A stretch of DNA of 64,000 nt from an uncultured Dehalococcoidia bacterium (GCA_950072105.1 CATMOE010000003.1:76938-140937); one strand, 5' to 3'. Positions 16,805-26,326 are shown, counted from the first letter of the stretch. Numbers and translations: made by a program. Notes: generated by a model not told the origin, from the sequence alone.

Positions 16805-18592
16805 ATGAGCGAAAATTCCTCCCAGAGCACTCGAGGTAGTCAGGGCGAGTTTTCTCACCGTCCCATGGTCTGGGGCACGCAGGGTATGGTGGGGGCGGGT
16901 ACTCAGCTCACCGCCCAGGCCGGGATGCGCATATTGTGGCAGGGGGGCAACGCCGTTGATGCCGCCGTGGCTACGGCCCTGGCCGCCGGCGTTCTGGAGC
17001 CCACCGCCCACTACTCTTTGGGCGGTGAGGTGGCCATGCTCTTCTACGAGGCATCCACTAAGAAGGTGCGCTCGGTGGTGGGGCAAGGTTGGGCGGCCCA
17101 AGCGGCCACTGCAGAATACTATCAGCAGCAATGGGGAGAAATTCCGTCAGGAGTGTTGAGCACGACGGTGCCAGGCGTGATTTCGGCCCTCCTGGCCATG
17201 CAGGCCAGTTACGGGACCATGAGCTTCGGCCAGGTGGTCGAAAGTGCCCTGTCCTTTGCCCGTGACGGTTTCCCCGCGTATCAACTCCTGTGCCGGGCCA
17301 TCGCGACTTCGGAACGCACGGCCAACATCCAGAAATACCCGGAGTCAGCCGAGATCTATCTGCCCGGCGGAACCCCCCCGGTTTTGGGCAGCATGTTCGT
17401 TCAAAAAGACCTGGGCCGGACATTGTCATTGATGGTCCAAGCCGAACAGCAGGCCTTGGTGGGCCAGGGCTCCGATCGGGAAACGGCCATCAACGCCGCC
17501 CGTGACGTCTTCTACAAGGGCGACGTGGCCCGCCGCATGGTGGCGGCATTGGCCGACTTGGGCGGTCTGTACACCTACGACGACTTCGCCGAGTTCGAAT
17601 CTCCCCACGAGGAGCCCATCTCCGCCACCTACCGGGATTACGAGATTTTCACCAACCGCACCTGGACGCAAGGTATAAGCCTGTTGCAGGCGTTGAAGAT
17701 CCTGGAAGGGTACGACCTGGCGTCCATGGGCCACAACAGTTCCCAGGCGATACATCTGCAAGTAGAGGCGCTGAAGTTGGCATTCGCCGACCGGGAGCGC
17801 TACGCCGGAGACCCGGCCTTTGTCGACGTGCCGGTGGACGGCCTGGTGTCCAGCGAATACGCCGCCCTACGCCGCGGCCTTATCGACCCCCACAAGGCTC
17901 AGGCAAGTTACCCGCCGGGCGACCCTAAGGGCATGCACGCGGTACTGCCAGGTCACCAGTCCAAGGAAACAGCAGCCATGGCCGGAGCGGCGGGCGGCGA
18001 CGAGGACGGCACCACCTACCTGTCCACCGTGGACAGCCAGGGCAATCTGGTGTCGGTCACCCCCAGCAGCTTCGCCGGACTGGCTCAAGGGATGATTCTT
18101 GGGGACACCGGCATCCTGATAAACACACGCGGATGCTACTTCTGGCTGGACCCGGACAATCCCAACTGTATCGCGCCCCACAAGCGGCCGCGAACCACCC
18201 CTTGCACCTTCATCGTGCTCAAGAATGGCAAGCCGTTCATGAGCCTGGGCACTCCCGGCGGCGACAGCCAGGCCCAATGCGACCTGCAGGTGCTGTCTAA
18301 TATCGTGGACTTTGGACTGAACGTCCAGGAAGCGGTGGAGGCGCCCCGGTTCTGCGGCTACAGCTTCCCGCTGTCACCCTGGCCTCACAAAGAGGCACCC
18401 AATCGTCTGGTCTTGGAGGAACGCATATCCTCCAGCGTCGCCGACGCCCTGCGGGACGACGGCCACGACGTCGAGATAACCGGCCCATGGGGTGTCTCCA
18501 ACGGCTTCGCGCCTATACTTATGGACCCTGACACCGGCGTATACCACGGCGGCGCCGACCCCCGCAAAGAATCGGTGATGCTAGGCTGGTAA
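16805..18592 (+). CDS. Gamma-glutamyltransferase family (Ntn hydrolase)
   Basis: Motifs 'GGNAVDAAVA', 'TVPG', 'EALKLAFADR', nucleophile 'GTTYLSTVD', 'GTPGGD' and 'GGADPRK'. ATG 16805 follows GAGGAG. Confidence 0.9.
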   Translation: MSENSSQSTRGSQGEFSHRPMVWGTQGMVGAGTQLTAQAGMRILWQGGNAVDAAVATALAAGVLEPTAHYSLGGEVAMLFYEASTKKVRSVVGQGWAAQAATAEYYQQQWGEIPSGVLSTTVPGVISALLAMQASYGTMSFGQVVESALSFARDGFPAYQLLCRAIATSERTANIQKYPESAEIYLPGGTPPVLGSMFVQKDLGRTLSLMVQAEQQALVGQGSDRETAINAARDVFYKGDVARRMVAALADLGGLYTYDDFAEFESPHEEPISATYRDYEIFTNRTWTQGISLLQALKILEGYDLASMGHNSSQAIHLQVEALKLAFADRERYAGDPAFVDVPVDGLVSSEYAALRRGLIDPHKAQASYPPGDPKGMHAVLPGHQSKETAAMAGAAGGDEDGTTYLSTVDSQGNLVSVTPSSFAGLAQGMILGDTGILINTRGCYFWLDPDNPNCIAPHKRPRTTPCTFIVLKNGKPFMSLGTPGGDSQAQCDLQVLSNIVDFGLNVQEAVEAPRFCGYSFPLSPWPHKEAPNRLVLEERISSSVADALRDDGHDVEITGPWGVSNGFAPILMDPDTGVYHGGADPRKESVMLGW

Positions 18593-18654
18593 CCCCTGAT
18601 AGCTGAGTGCCCCGATACAATTGAGGCTGACAGCTAGCGAACGAGGAGCGTTTC

Positions 18655-19821
18655 GTGACTACACCCACTCCAGAAGAGGCCCGCACTCAGATCGTCAATA
18701 TGGTCCGCGACTTTGTTCGCCGGGACGTCGAGCCCGTCGCCGATCGGCTTGATCGGGAAGACATTGTTCCCCACGACCTCATCGACAAGATGAAGGACCT
18801 GGGTCTTTTCGGAATAACCGTGCCTGAAGAGTACGGCGGTCTGGGGCTGGACTACACGACCTTCGCCAGTATCTTCGAAGAGCTTTCCAAAGGGTTCATG
18901 AGTATCAGCGGGGCCATCGGCACCCATCACATATTGACCTACGTGCTCACCCATTTCGGGACCGAGGAGCAGAAGCGCCAATTTCTTCCCGACCTGGCCA
19001 GCGGTAAAAAGCGTGGCGGTTTAGCCTTGACCGAGCCTAGTGGCGGCACCGACGTGGCCAATCTGCAGACCACCGCCGACAAAGATGGCGAGGAGTACGT
19101 CATCAACGGCACCAAGATGTTCATCACCAATGGCCGGTACGGCGATTCTTTCTTGCTGCTGGCCCGCACCGACCGGACGGCGGAACCCAACCATAGCGGT
19201 ATCAGCGCCTTCGTGATCGAAAAGGGAGATAAAGGCTTCAAGGTGGGCCGGGACCTGGATAAGCTGGGTTATCGGGGTCTGGACACTTGTGAGCTTATTT
19301 TCGAGGACTTCCGGGTCCCCGCAGAGAATCTGGTGGGAGAAGTGGAAGGCAGGGGCTTCGGCCAGGTGATGAGCGGCTTGGAAACCGGCCGCATCAACGT
19401 CGCCGCCCGAGCGGTGGGCGTGGCTCAGGCGGCTTTCAACGCCTCCATACGTTATTCCCAGCAACGCCAGACCTTCGGCGTCCCGATTTCCCAGCATCAA
19501 GCCATCCAGTTGAAACTGGCCGACATGGCCACCAAGATACAAGCCGCCCGTCTGCTGACCTACGATGCAGCCGCGAAGAAGGACCGGGGGGAACGAGCCG
19601 ACCTGGAAGCGGGGATGGCCAAGCTATTCGCCAGCGAGGTATGCGGGGAGGTGACCATGGAGGCCCTGCGCATCCACGGCGGCTACGGCTACATCAAAGA
19701 GTCGCCGGTGGAGCGCTACTACCGGGACGCCCCCCTGATGATCATCGGTGAGGGTACCAACGAGATCCTCCGGGTGGTCATAGCACGGCAGCTCCTTAGG
19801 CGGCCGGAATACCAGATCTGA
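18655..19821 (+). CDS. Acyl-CoA dehydrogenase
   Basis: Motifs 'LALTEPSGGTDV', 'NGTKMFITNG', 'IHGGYGY' and 'IGEGTNEI'. Confidence 0.93.
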   Translation: MTTPTPEEARTQIVNMVRDFVRRDVEPVADRLDREDIVPHDLIDKMKDLGLFGITVPEEYGGLGLDYTTFASIFEELSKGFMSISGAIGTHHILTYVLTHFGTEEQKRQFLPDLASGKKRGGLALTEPSGGTDVANLQTTADKDGEEYVINGTKMFITNGRYGDSFLLLARTDRTAEPNHSGISAFVIEKGDKGFKVGRDLDKLGYRGLDTCELIFEDFRVPAENLVGEVEGRGFGQVMSGLETGRINVAARAVGVAQAAFNASIRYSQQRQTFGVPISQHQAIQLKLADMATKIQAARLLTYDAAAKKDRGERADLEAGMAKLFASEVCGEVTMEALRIHGGYGYIKESPVERYYRDAPLMIIGEGTNEILRVVIARQLLRRPEYQI

Positions 19822-19877
19822 GCGGTTGAACAACCCAGGGGATTAGGTTACCGTAATGCGATGGAGACGGTGACATC

Positions 19878-20135
19878 GTGAGACTGACCCTATCGGACCA
19901 CCTTGCGGAACTCACACAGAAGAAGTTTGATGAGGGGCCTTACACTTCTCTCGAAGAAGTCATTTCCGAGGCTCTGAGTCTTCTTGACCAACGCGACGAG
20001 AAGCTCTCAGCCTTACGCGAAGACATCCAACAAGGGCTGGCTAGTGGCGCCGCCAGACTCTTCGATGAAGACGTCGTCGAAGATATTAAGAAGCGGGGCC
20101 GGGAACTTCTCGGACAGGACCCAACTCCGGCTTAA
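19878..20135 (+). CDS. parD: ParD-like antitoxin (RHH, CC2985 type)
   Basis: Motif 'GPYTSLEEVISEALSLL...LREDIQQGLASG'; overlaps the toxin start (TAATG). Confidence 0.8.
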   Translation: MRLTLSDHLAELTQKKFDEGPYTSLEEVISEALSLLDQRDEKLSALREDIQQGLASGAARLFDEDVVEDIKKRGRELLGQDPTPA

Positions 20136-20431
20136 TGCCTCAAGCCAACATCTTAAATTCGGCAGTGGCTGACCTTGCCGATATTTGGGCATATATTGCA
20201 CTGGATAGCCCTGACAACACCGACCTTTTCATCGATCGCATTTTCCGAATTTGTCAGCAGGGGCTTGCTTCCAATCCTCGCTTAGGCCGGACACGAGAGG
20301 AGTTGTCCCCGGGGCTGCGAAGTCTGGTGTTCGAGAGCTACGTAATCTTCTATCACCCAATGCCCAACGGTGTAGCGGTTGTTCGTGTTTTGCACGGGAT
20401 GAGGGACATTGAAAGCATCTTTGATTCTTGA
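20135..20431 (+). CDS. parE: ParE/RelE family toxin
   Basis: Motifs 'AVADLADIWAYIA', 'PRLGRTREEL.PGLRS', 'YVIFY' and 'RVLHGMRDI'. Confidence 0.88.
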   Translation: MPQANILNSAVADLADIWAYIALDSPDNTDLFIDRIFRICQQGLASNPRLGRTREELSPGLRSLVFESYVIFYHPMPNGVAVVRVLHGMRDIESIFDS

Positions 20432-20449
20432 TTACTCAGGGGGACTTCA

Positions 20450-21493
20450 TTGGCTATCGGATGGGCATTTATAGGGACAGGAAGGTATCCGGACAGGGCC
20501 GGCGCGCCGGGGATGGCGTTGGCCGGTGACACCGAACTCATCGCCACTTACAGCCGTGACCGGGGCCGGGCAGACGCGTTCGCGGCTAAACACGGCTTTC
20601 GTGCCGCTTACGATTCGGTGGAGGAACTGCTGGCCGACTCCCGGGTGGACGCCGTGTTCATCGCCACGCCCAATCATTTACATGCCGAACACACCAGCAT
20701 GGCCGCCCAGGCCGGAAAGCACGTGCTGGTGGAAAAACCCATGTCCCTGAACGTGAACGACGGGATAGAGATGGTGAGGGCTTGCAAAACCAACAGTGTG
20801 AAGCTGGGCGTTGGCTTCCAGCTTAGATATCATCCAGGCCACATCGAAGCCAAGCGGTTGGTCCAACAGGGCGTGCTGGGGAATATCGTCATGGCCCAGT
20901 CCCAGTTAGGCGGTGGCGAAAGAGGACAATTGCGAAGGCCGCCGCGCACCGGACTCAGCGAGTGGTGGGAACACCCTGATATGATCGGCGGCGCTTCCAC
21001 GATGATCGGCTCCGGCGTCCATGCCATAGATGACTTGCACTTCATCCTGGGTCAGACCGTGAATCAGGTAGCAGCCATAACCGACGGTCAGAATTCCGAT
21101 ACAACTCTGGAAAGCGTAGCCAGCATGTGCTTGCGGTTCGACGGTGGCGCCATCGGGATGATGTGCAGCAGTAGCAGGATCCCCGACTCCAAAAACGATG
21201 TTGTCATCTACGGCAGCGACGGCCGGGTCGTGCTCAAGGACTCCTCCCGGCCCACGATGGGCGGAGAGCTTGAAGTAGTCAGCGACACAGTGAACGATAC
21301 GATTACTTACGAGCCGGATGAACTGGCGCTGTTCAAGTGGCAGACTGAGTCATTTAACCAGGCCATTCAGAAAAACCAAGAGCCCGCCGCTTCGGGGATC
21401 GACGGGCTCAAGATCGTCCAGGTTACGGTGGCGATGATTGAATCGGCGTCTAAGGGCAGGACCGTCAATCTGGACCCGCTGCCCGATTTCTAG
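20450..21493 (+). CDS. Gfo/Idh/MocA oxidoreductase
   Basis: Motifs 'DAVFIATPNHLHAE', 'GKHVLVEKPM' and 'GVHAID'. Confidence 0.9.
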   Translation: MAIGWAFIGTGRYPDRAGAPGMALAGDTELIATYSRDRGRADAFAAKHGFRAAYDSVEELLADSRVDAVFIATPNHLHAEHTSMAAQAGKHVLVEKPMSLNVNDGIEMVRACKTNSVKLGVGFQLRYHPGHIEAKRLVQQGVLGNIVMAQSQLGGGERGQLRRPPRTGLSEWWEHPDMIGGASTMIGSGVHAIDDLHFILGQTVNQVAAITDGQNSDTTLESVASMCLRFDGGAIGMMCSSSRIPDSKNDVVIYGSDGRVVLKDSSRPTMGGELEVVSDTVNDTITYEPDELALFKWQTESFNQAIQKNQEPAASGIDGLKIVQVTVAMIESASKGRTVNLDPLPDF

Positions 21494-21524
21494 ACAGGCT
21501 GTTCAGAATCGCTGGCGCCACCAG

Positions 21525-21736
21525 GTCCCGTTCGTAGTGAGTCTAATGACTCGTTGGCATTAAGGTTACTGACCTATTCTTGGTGAGCCTATTGACCCGC
21601 ATATGGTGAGCCTGTCGAACCACCCCCTTCGACAAGCTCCGGTCACGCGATAGCTCCAGCGGAATCTCCAGAATCCAGATGTCTAGCGCTCCGCCGTCCC
21701 TCCAACTTGTCACCCTGAGCGCAGCGAAGGGTCTCA
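21525..21736. repeat. Mosaic of REP-like elements (families B and D) in a convergent intergenic gap
   Basis: CCCGTTCGTAGTGAG, GGTGAGCCTATTGA, GGTGAGCCTGTCGAACC, inverted CCCTTCGACAAGCTC, and TGTCACCCTGAGCGCAGCGAAGGGTCTC. Confidence 0.65.
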
Positions 21737-21802
21737 TGTTCCCGCTACATAACCAGTTAAAATTTCTACAAACCAACGGGCGACACCCGGACACCCAGTT
21801 GT

Positions 21803-22528
21803 CTAGTGCTCTGCTTCCTCCGACGCCAGTGGATTGAACGTAACCCGGGTCATCGGTTGGTCGCTGGTATTGCGCCACTGGTGGAAAGTATTGGGTGGCA
21901 CCAAGATCCCATCTCCGGCGGCCACCGGGTACTCTGTTCCTTCGCACACGATGGTGGCATGGCCCTCCAGAATGAAGACTACATGATCCCAAGGGTGAAT
22001 GTGTCCGCCCGACTCCTGGTGGCTGACCGCTCCGGGGGTCATGGCGCCGTTGTAGAGCATCAGGTACGTGGGAGCGCCGTCCTTGGAACCGATGATGCGG
22101 CTGCCGGTTTCCGCGTTTAGGTCTTGATAGTTCCGAATCATCGGCGCCTGTCCGATCCCGACCTCACCGCCGGGGCGGGCGCCGCCGGTTTGGGCCGCTA
22201 CCAACGGGTTGATCTCGATTCTGCGGATCACGCCCAGTCCGCCGTCGTTCAGGGTGTAGTGGTCCACTTCACCCGGAATAAATATCGCGTCGCCCTCTTT
22301 CACCGGATAGTTCTTGCCATCACAAACCAGAGTACCCGACCCTTTAATGATGTAGACTTCGTGCTCCCATGGATGGATGTGATGTGCGCTGGTCTTGTCG
22401 GCGTTGATCTCCGAATAGGTCATGGTGCAAGTAGGTGGGTTGTCATCCAGCCAAACCAGCCGCGCCGATGGCCCTTCCGGAGTGAACATGTTCCTAAAAT
22501 TTCTAATAACCGGTTCCATAGCAAACAT
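21803..22528 (-). CDS. Bicupin domain protein
   Basis: Two cupin motifs, 'HIHPWEHEVYIIKG' and 'HIHPWDHVVFILEG'. The start may be 22519. Confidence 0.85.
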   Translation of the reverse strand: MFAMEPVIRNFRNMFTPEGPSARLVWLDDNPPTCTMTYSEINADKTSAHHIHPWEHEVYIIKGSGTLVCDGKNYPVKEGDAIFIPGEVDHYTLNDGGLGVIRRIEINPLVAAQTGGARPGGEVGIGQAPMIRNYQDLNAETGSRIIGSKDGAPTYLMLYNGAMTPGAVSHQESGGHIHPWDHVVFILEGHATIVCEGTEYPVAAGDGILVPPNTFHQWRNTSDQPMTRVTFNPLASEEAEH

Positions 22529-22594
22529 TCCTCCTAAAATGACTCGCTCAGGCCAAAGCTGAAAGCTGACAGCTATCAGCCGTCAGTTGGCTCC

Positions 22595-23371
22595 CTACCT
22601 TCCCTTCCACTGGGGCTTGCGTTTCTCGGCGAACGCCTTGGGTCCCTCCTTGGAGTCTTCCGTGGTCAGCAACTGGTCGTACATGTGGTAGGTCAGCGCC
22701 GAAATGTCTTGGGTGGACATATTCTGTCCTCGATATGCCAGCTCTTTGAATGCCTGCACCGCCAGGGGTGCGTTCTCCGCGATCTGATTTGCCAGGGCCA
22801 TGGCCTCTTCCATCAACTTGTCCGCGGGGACCACCCGATTGACGAAACCGATCTCATAAGCGCGTTGAGCCGAGATAGGCGCCGCGGTGAACACCAACTC
22901 CAATACCGCCGGTAGTGAAATCATCTTGGGCAGGATGGTGCCAAAGGGGGGCAACAAGCTCCATTTAGTCTCGCTGATCCCCAACTGGGCGTCTTCCGAA
23001 GCAACCCTCAAGTCGCACATCTGGGCGATGGACCAGCCACCGGCCAGCGCATAGCCGTTGACGGCGGCGATCAGGGGCTTCCACGTTTGAGGCCACATGT
23101 AAGGGCGGTCTGATGACATACTCTGGGAAGCCCTGGCCTGGATTCCTTCAGCGTTATCGTTGGTCCGCTCCTTAAGGTCCCTTCCGGCGCAAAAGGCTCG
23201 CCCAGCTCCAGTGATGATCGCCACGAAGGCGTCCTCATCGCCGTCAAACTGAGTTATCGCATCAGACAATTCCCGCCGGAGTTGCCGGTTGATGGAGTTC
23301 AATGCGTCCGGCCTGTTAAGGGTGATGGTAACGACGTTTCCCTGCTTCTCATAAAGGACTGTTTCTGCCAT
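22595..23371 (-). CDS. Enoyl-CoA hydratase/isomerase family
   Basis: Motifs 'ITLNRPDALN', 'AFCAGRDL', 'KPLIAAVNGYALAGG' and 'EGPKAFAEKRKP'. Confidence 0.92.
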   Translation of the reverse strand: MAETVLYEKQGNVVTITLNRPDALNSINRQLRRELSDAITQFDGDEDAFVAIITGAGRAFCAGRDLKERTNDNAEGIQARASQSMSSDRPYMWPQTWKPLIAAVNGYALAGGWSIAQMCDLRVASEDAQLGISETKWSLLPPFGTILPKMISLPAVLELVFTAAPISAQRAYEIGFVNRVVPADKLMEEAMALANQIAENAPLAVQAFKELAYRGQNMSTQDISALTYHMYDQLLTTEDSKEGPKAFAEKRKPQWKGR

Positions 23372-23452
23372 GTGACTCTTCTCCCTCATTTAATCAGCTG
23401 TTAAGGGTCGGCCATCAGCATTAAGCTAAGCGGCTGACGGCTGGTAGCTCTC

Positions 23453-23824
23453 TCAGGCATACTCTTGCAGTTGCACGCCGCCTACAACATGGAGGTGGCC
23501 GTGGCTTTGGCTCTGCAATCCGTGGCGGCCGAAGTTCGACAATACCCGGAAGCCATCGGGAGCGAAGGCAACGCCCAATTCGACGGCGATGTCTCCCATT
23601 CTCGACAACAATGTATTTTTTCGGTCTGGCCTGTCAGTCACGAATCCATCGCCCCACAAGTCAGTTTGGCTTAAGTGGTCCTTGGGCATCACCAGAAGCA
23701 TCACGGGCACCCAAGTCAGCCGGTTCCTTATGACCATGATATCGTTATCCACGTACCAGATCTTGGCATCCCGGTCCCGGTAGGACGTGATGTTACAGAA
23801 GACGCAGTTGGGCAATGAACTCAA
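23453..23824 (-). CDS. HIT family protein
   Basis: Motifs 'CVFC', 'LVMPKDH' and 'QSQSHGHLHVVGG'. Confidence 0.85.
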   Translation of the reverse strand: MSSLPNCVFCNITSYRDRDAKIWYVDNDIMVIRNRLTWVPVMLLVMPKDHLSQTDLWGDGFVTDRPDRKNTLLSRMGDIAVELGVAFAPDGFRVLSNFGRHGLQSQSHGHLHVVGGVQLQEYA

Positions 23825-23991
23825 AAGCAGATGCTCGCTGACTTAAAAAATACGCCCCGTGTCCGGCGCGTTGTGAATATAATGGCCGGTCATACCCTTG
23901 TCAACGCCGAGCCGTTCAAGAGCCGATGACGTACGGGCCGTAAAAGGGAAATCTCCTCACCCTATGGTATTATTTATTCTGGGAGTGAACC

Positions 23992-24483
23992 ATGTTTCGT
24001 TTAGCCGTTTTGACCGTAAGCACCTCCGGGTTTCAAGGCCAGCGTGAAGACACCAGCGGGCAGGTCATCAAGGAAATACTAGGCCCCCCTGATTACGAAG
24101 TAACCCGTTACGAAGTGGTCCCCGACGACCGGGAAATGATTGCGGAACGGATGTCCCAATGGGCCGACGCTCCCGATGTCGATCTAATAGTATCTACCGG
24201 CGGCACCGGATTGGGACCCCAGGACATTACTCCCGAGGCCTGCCTGTCGATTATCGACCGGGAAGTACCGGGCTTGGCCGAGACCATGCGGGCCAAGACG
24301 TTGCAGTTCACCCCCATGGCTATGCTTAGCCGCTCCGTGGCCGGGATTCGGGGTAACACCCTGATCATCACCCTTCCGGGAAGTCCCAAGGGGGTGAGGG
24401 AGTGCCTGGAAGTTGTCACGCCGGTCCTGGGTCATGCTCTCCAACTGCTGCATACCGAGACGGTCAGCGACCACCCAGTTTAA
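23992..24483 (+). CDS. mog: Molybdopterin adenylyltransferase MogA/MoaB
   Basis: Motifs 'VLTVS', 'STGGTGLGPQDITPEA', 'AMLSR' and 'LPGSPKG'. Confidence 0.9.
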   Translation: MFRLAVLTVSTSGFQGQREDTSGQVIKEILGPPDYEVTRYEVVPDDREMIAERMSQWADAPDVDLIVSTGGTGLGPQDITPEACLSIIDREVPGLAETMRAKTLQFTPMAMLSRSVAGIRGNTLIITLPGSPKGVRECLEVVTPVLGHALQLLHTETVSDHPV

Positions 24484-24592
24484 CAACGTTGCCTCTCCGG
24501 CTTTCCAATCCCCGCCACCCATCGGTATCGGCTCGTTCCACTTGGCGCGGAAATGTCCAGTCCATTATTAACGAATAAGGGGTGAAGCCCTA

Positions 24593-24973
24593 TTGAGTAC
24601 GGACTCAAGCGTAAATAACCCACCGGATAATCCTGACGATAAGCCAGATGTAGGCCCCGTTTACTGGCCTCGGGTCAAAGAGATATTGGATCGTGTTATG
24701 GAGCGCTGGATAGAGCGTTGGGGTAGAGACCCGTTGCCCGGGATTCACGTATATTATTGGAAGACTCGGCAAGAACTGGTAGATAGCGTGCTCTCCGGCG
24801 TTCGGGCGATCGAACCTGGAGTCGAGGGTAAGGACACCCAACTGGTCCGGTCATTGGCTCGCACCGTTCTCACCTTCGGCCGCATGCCCCTCAGGGGGCC
24901 CTTTGTTCCCAGGGAAGAGATTGACGAGATAATTGTTTGGATCGACGCTGGGATGCCTGAAGGGCCGGACTAG
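24593..24973 (+). CDS. Hypothetical protein; C-terminus resembles cytochrome-c-like helical domain but lacks CxxCH
   Basis: Motif 'RMPLRGPFVPREEIDEIIVWIDAGMP'; GGGGTG RBS-like sequence upstream. Confidence 0.6.
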   Translation: MSTDSSVNNPPDNPDDKPDVGPVYWPRVKEILDRVMERWIERWGRDPLPGIHVYYWKTRQELVDSVLSGVRAIEPGVEGKDTQLVRSLARTVLTFGRMPLRGPFVPREEIDEIIVWIDAGMPEGPD

Positions 24974-25019
24974 AGCGCAGTCAACTTCTTATTGGGACAA
25001 TGTCATTCGGATTTGGACA

Positions 25020-25109
25020 ATGTCATTCCGAGCGCAGCGAGGAATCTCATGCGCAGTCGACCAGCCAACCGGAGATTTCTCTCCTTCCGCCGAAGGATCG
25101 GAATGACAT
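25020..25109. repeat. Family D 90-bp palindromic element
   Basis: Perfect 12-bp terminal IR ATGTCATTCCGA / TCGGAATGACAT with internal GAGCGCAGCGAGGAATCTC...GAGATTTC. It is preceded by a duplicated GGACAATGTCATTC. Confidence 0.75.
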
Positions 25110-25154
25110 ATTTCATTTTAGGATTGGCTAGTTATCAGCGCCGGCGGCTAAGCC

Positions 25155-25194
25155 AAAAAAATCCGCCGGGTCCGGTTTCCCGGATTCCGGCGGA
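25155..25194 (-). terminator. Rho-independent terminator of the NHL gene
   Basis: TCCGCCGG...CCGGCGGA stem followed by a 7-T run on the minus strand. Confidence 0.7.
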
Positions 25195-25240
25195 GCATGC
25201 AAGATCATTAATGATAGACCGGGTTTTTGCTTCCCGGCTG

Positions 25241-26326
25241 TTATACCAGGACCGGGTCCTTGCTCTTCGCGTATACCTGGATCCGTCCACCAAAGTGGTC
25301 CAGAACCGCAAGCCGGCCTTGCCCGTCGATCTTAACGGCGCACGGGTGGTTGAAGCTTCTCTCGTAACTGGGGTTGTGGGAAACAGCTAGAGCCCGCTGC
25401 CGGATCATGTCCGGATTAGAATTTAGTTTGTCCTTACCCCATTGGGACAGGACGTGGTCGCCCTTCAGTGCGGTAACGAACCGGCCATCGGGAGCAAGCA
25501 CTTGTACACGGTTGTTCAGCCAATCTGCCACGTAGATATCGCCGTCATCGTCCACGCATACCCCGTTGGGCCGATTGAACTGGCCAACGCCATCGCCGGA
25601 CTGCCCGAAGCTGGCCATCCATTCGCCGTCAGCAGTAAACTGCTGGATGCGGTCGTTGCGCCAGTCGGCCACGAACACATTTCCTTCCTTGTCCAGGCTG
25701 ATACCCCAGGGCATGTTGAGCTCGCCGGGGCCGCTGCCAAAGGTGCCAAACTTACCTAGAAACTTGCCATCAAGGGTGAACTTCTGTACACGGTGATTGC
25801 GGCTGTCGGTCACGAACATCGTGCCGTCTTTGCTTATCACGATCCCGGCTGGGCGGTCCAACTCTCCGTCTCCGGAGCCCGACTTCCCAGCCGGGATATC
25901 CGGTCCGGCCCCAAATGCAATCATACGCGACGAGGCATCGTCGCTGGTGCCACCGTCGAAGCCATCCGGCCAGCTGCGCAAAAACTCGCCCTCGCCATTA
26001 AACACAGAGATTCGGTTCAGCCATTCGTCGGCTAGATAGACGTTTCCTTGGCCGTCAAGAGCAATGGCCGTAGGCCAGACGAATTGACCTGGGCCCGCAC
26101 CGTAGGACCCAAACTCGGTGATGTACTCTTCGCTCATGGTAACCACAGTGATATGGACGCCGTCGGTCCGGTATTCATAGCCACGGTTGACTACGTACAT
26201 CACATCGTTGTCGCCCACCGCCATGTCCACTGGGTTGCGAAACCCGGTCCCGGAAAATTCGTTGCGTCCCACCGAATGGCTATACGCGAACGACCGGTCA
26301 TTTAGCCCAAAGAAATGGGTGCTCAT
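25241..26326 (-). CDS. NHL-repeat six-bladed beta-propeller protein
   Basis: Repeated 'G.G.GQF..P.GI..D..GNVYVADW.N.RIQ.F'. Confidence 0.9.
   Translation of the reverse strand: MSTHFFGLNDRSFAYSHSVGRNEFSGTGFRNPVDMAVGDNDVMYVVNRGYEYRTDGVHITVVTMSEEYITEFGSYGAGPGQFVWPTAIALDGQGNVYLADEWLNRISVFNGEGEFLRSWPDGFDGGTSDDASSRMIAFGAGPDIPAGKSGSGDGELDRPAGIVISKDGTMFVTDSRNHRVQKFTLDGKFLGKFGTFGSGPGELNMPWGISLDKEGNVFVADWRNDRIQQFTADGEWMASFGQSGDGVGQFNRPNGVCVDDDGDIYVADWLNNRVQVLAPDGRFVTALKGDHVLSQWGKDKLNSNPDMIRQRALAVSHNPSYERSFNHPCAVKIDGQGRLAVLDHFGGRIQVYAKSKDPVLV

Noticed and set aside
21543..21992. 149-aa minus-strand ORF
   Set aside because: It overlaps the bicupin gene in another frame and runs through the repeat mosaic; it is spurious.
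24992..25390. 132-aa plus-strand ORF
   Set aside because: It is made of the family D repeat, a terminator and the antisense of the NHL gene.
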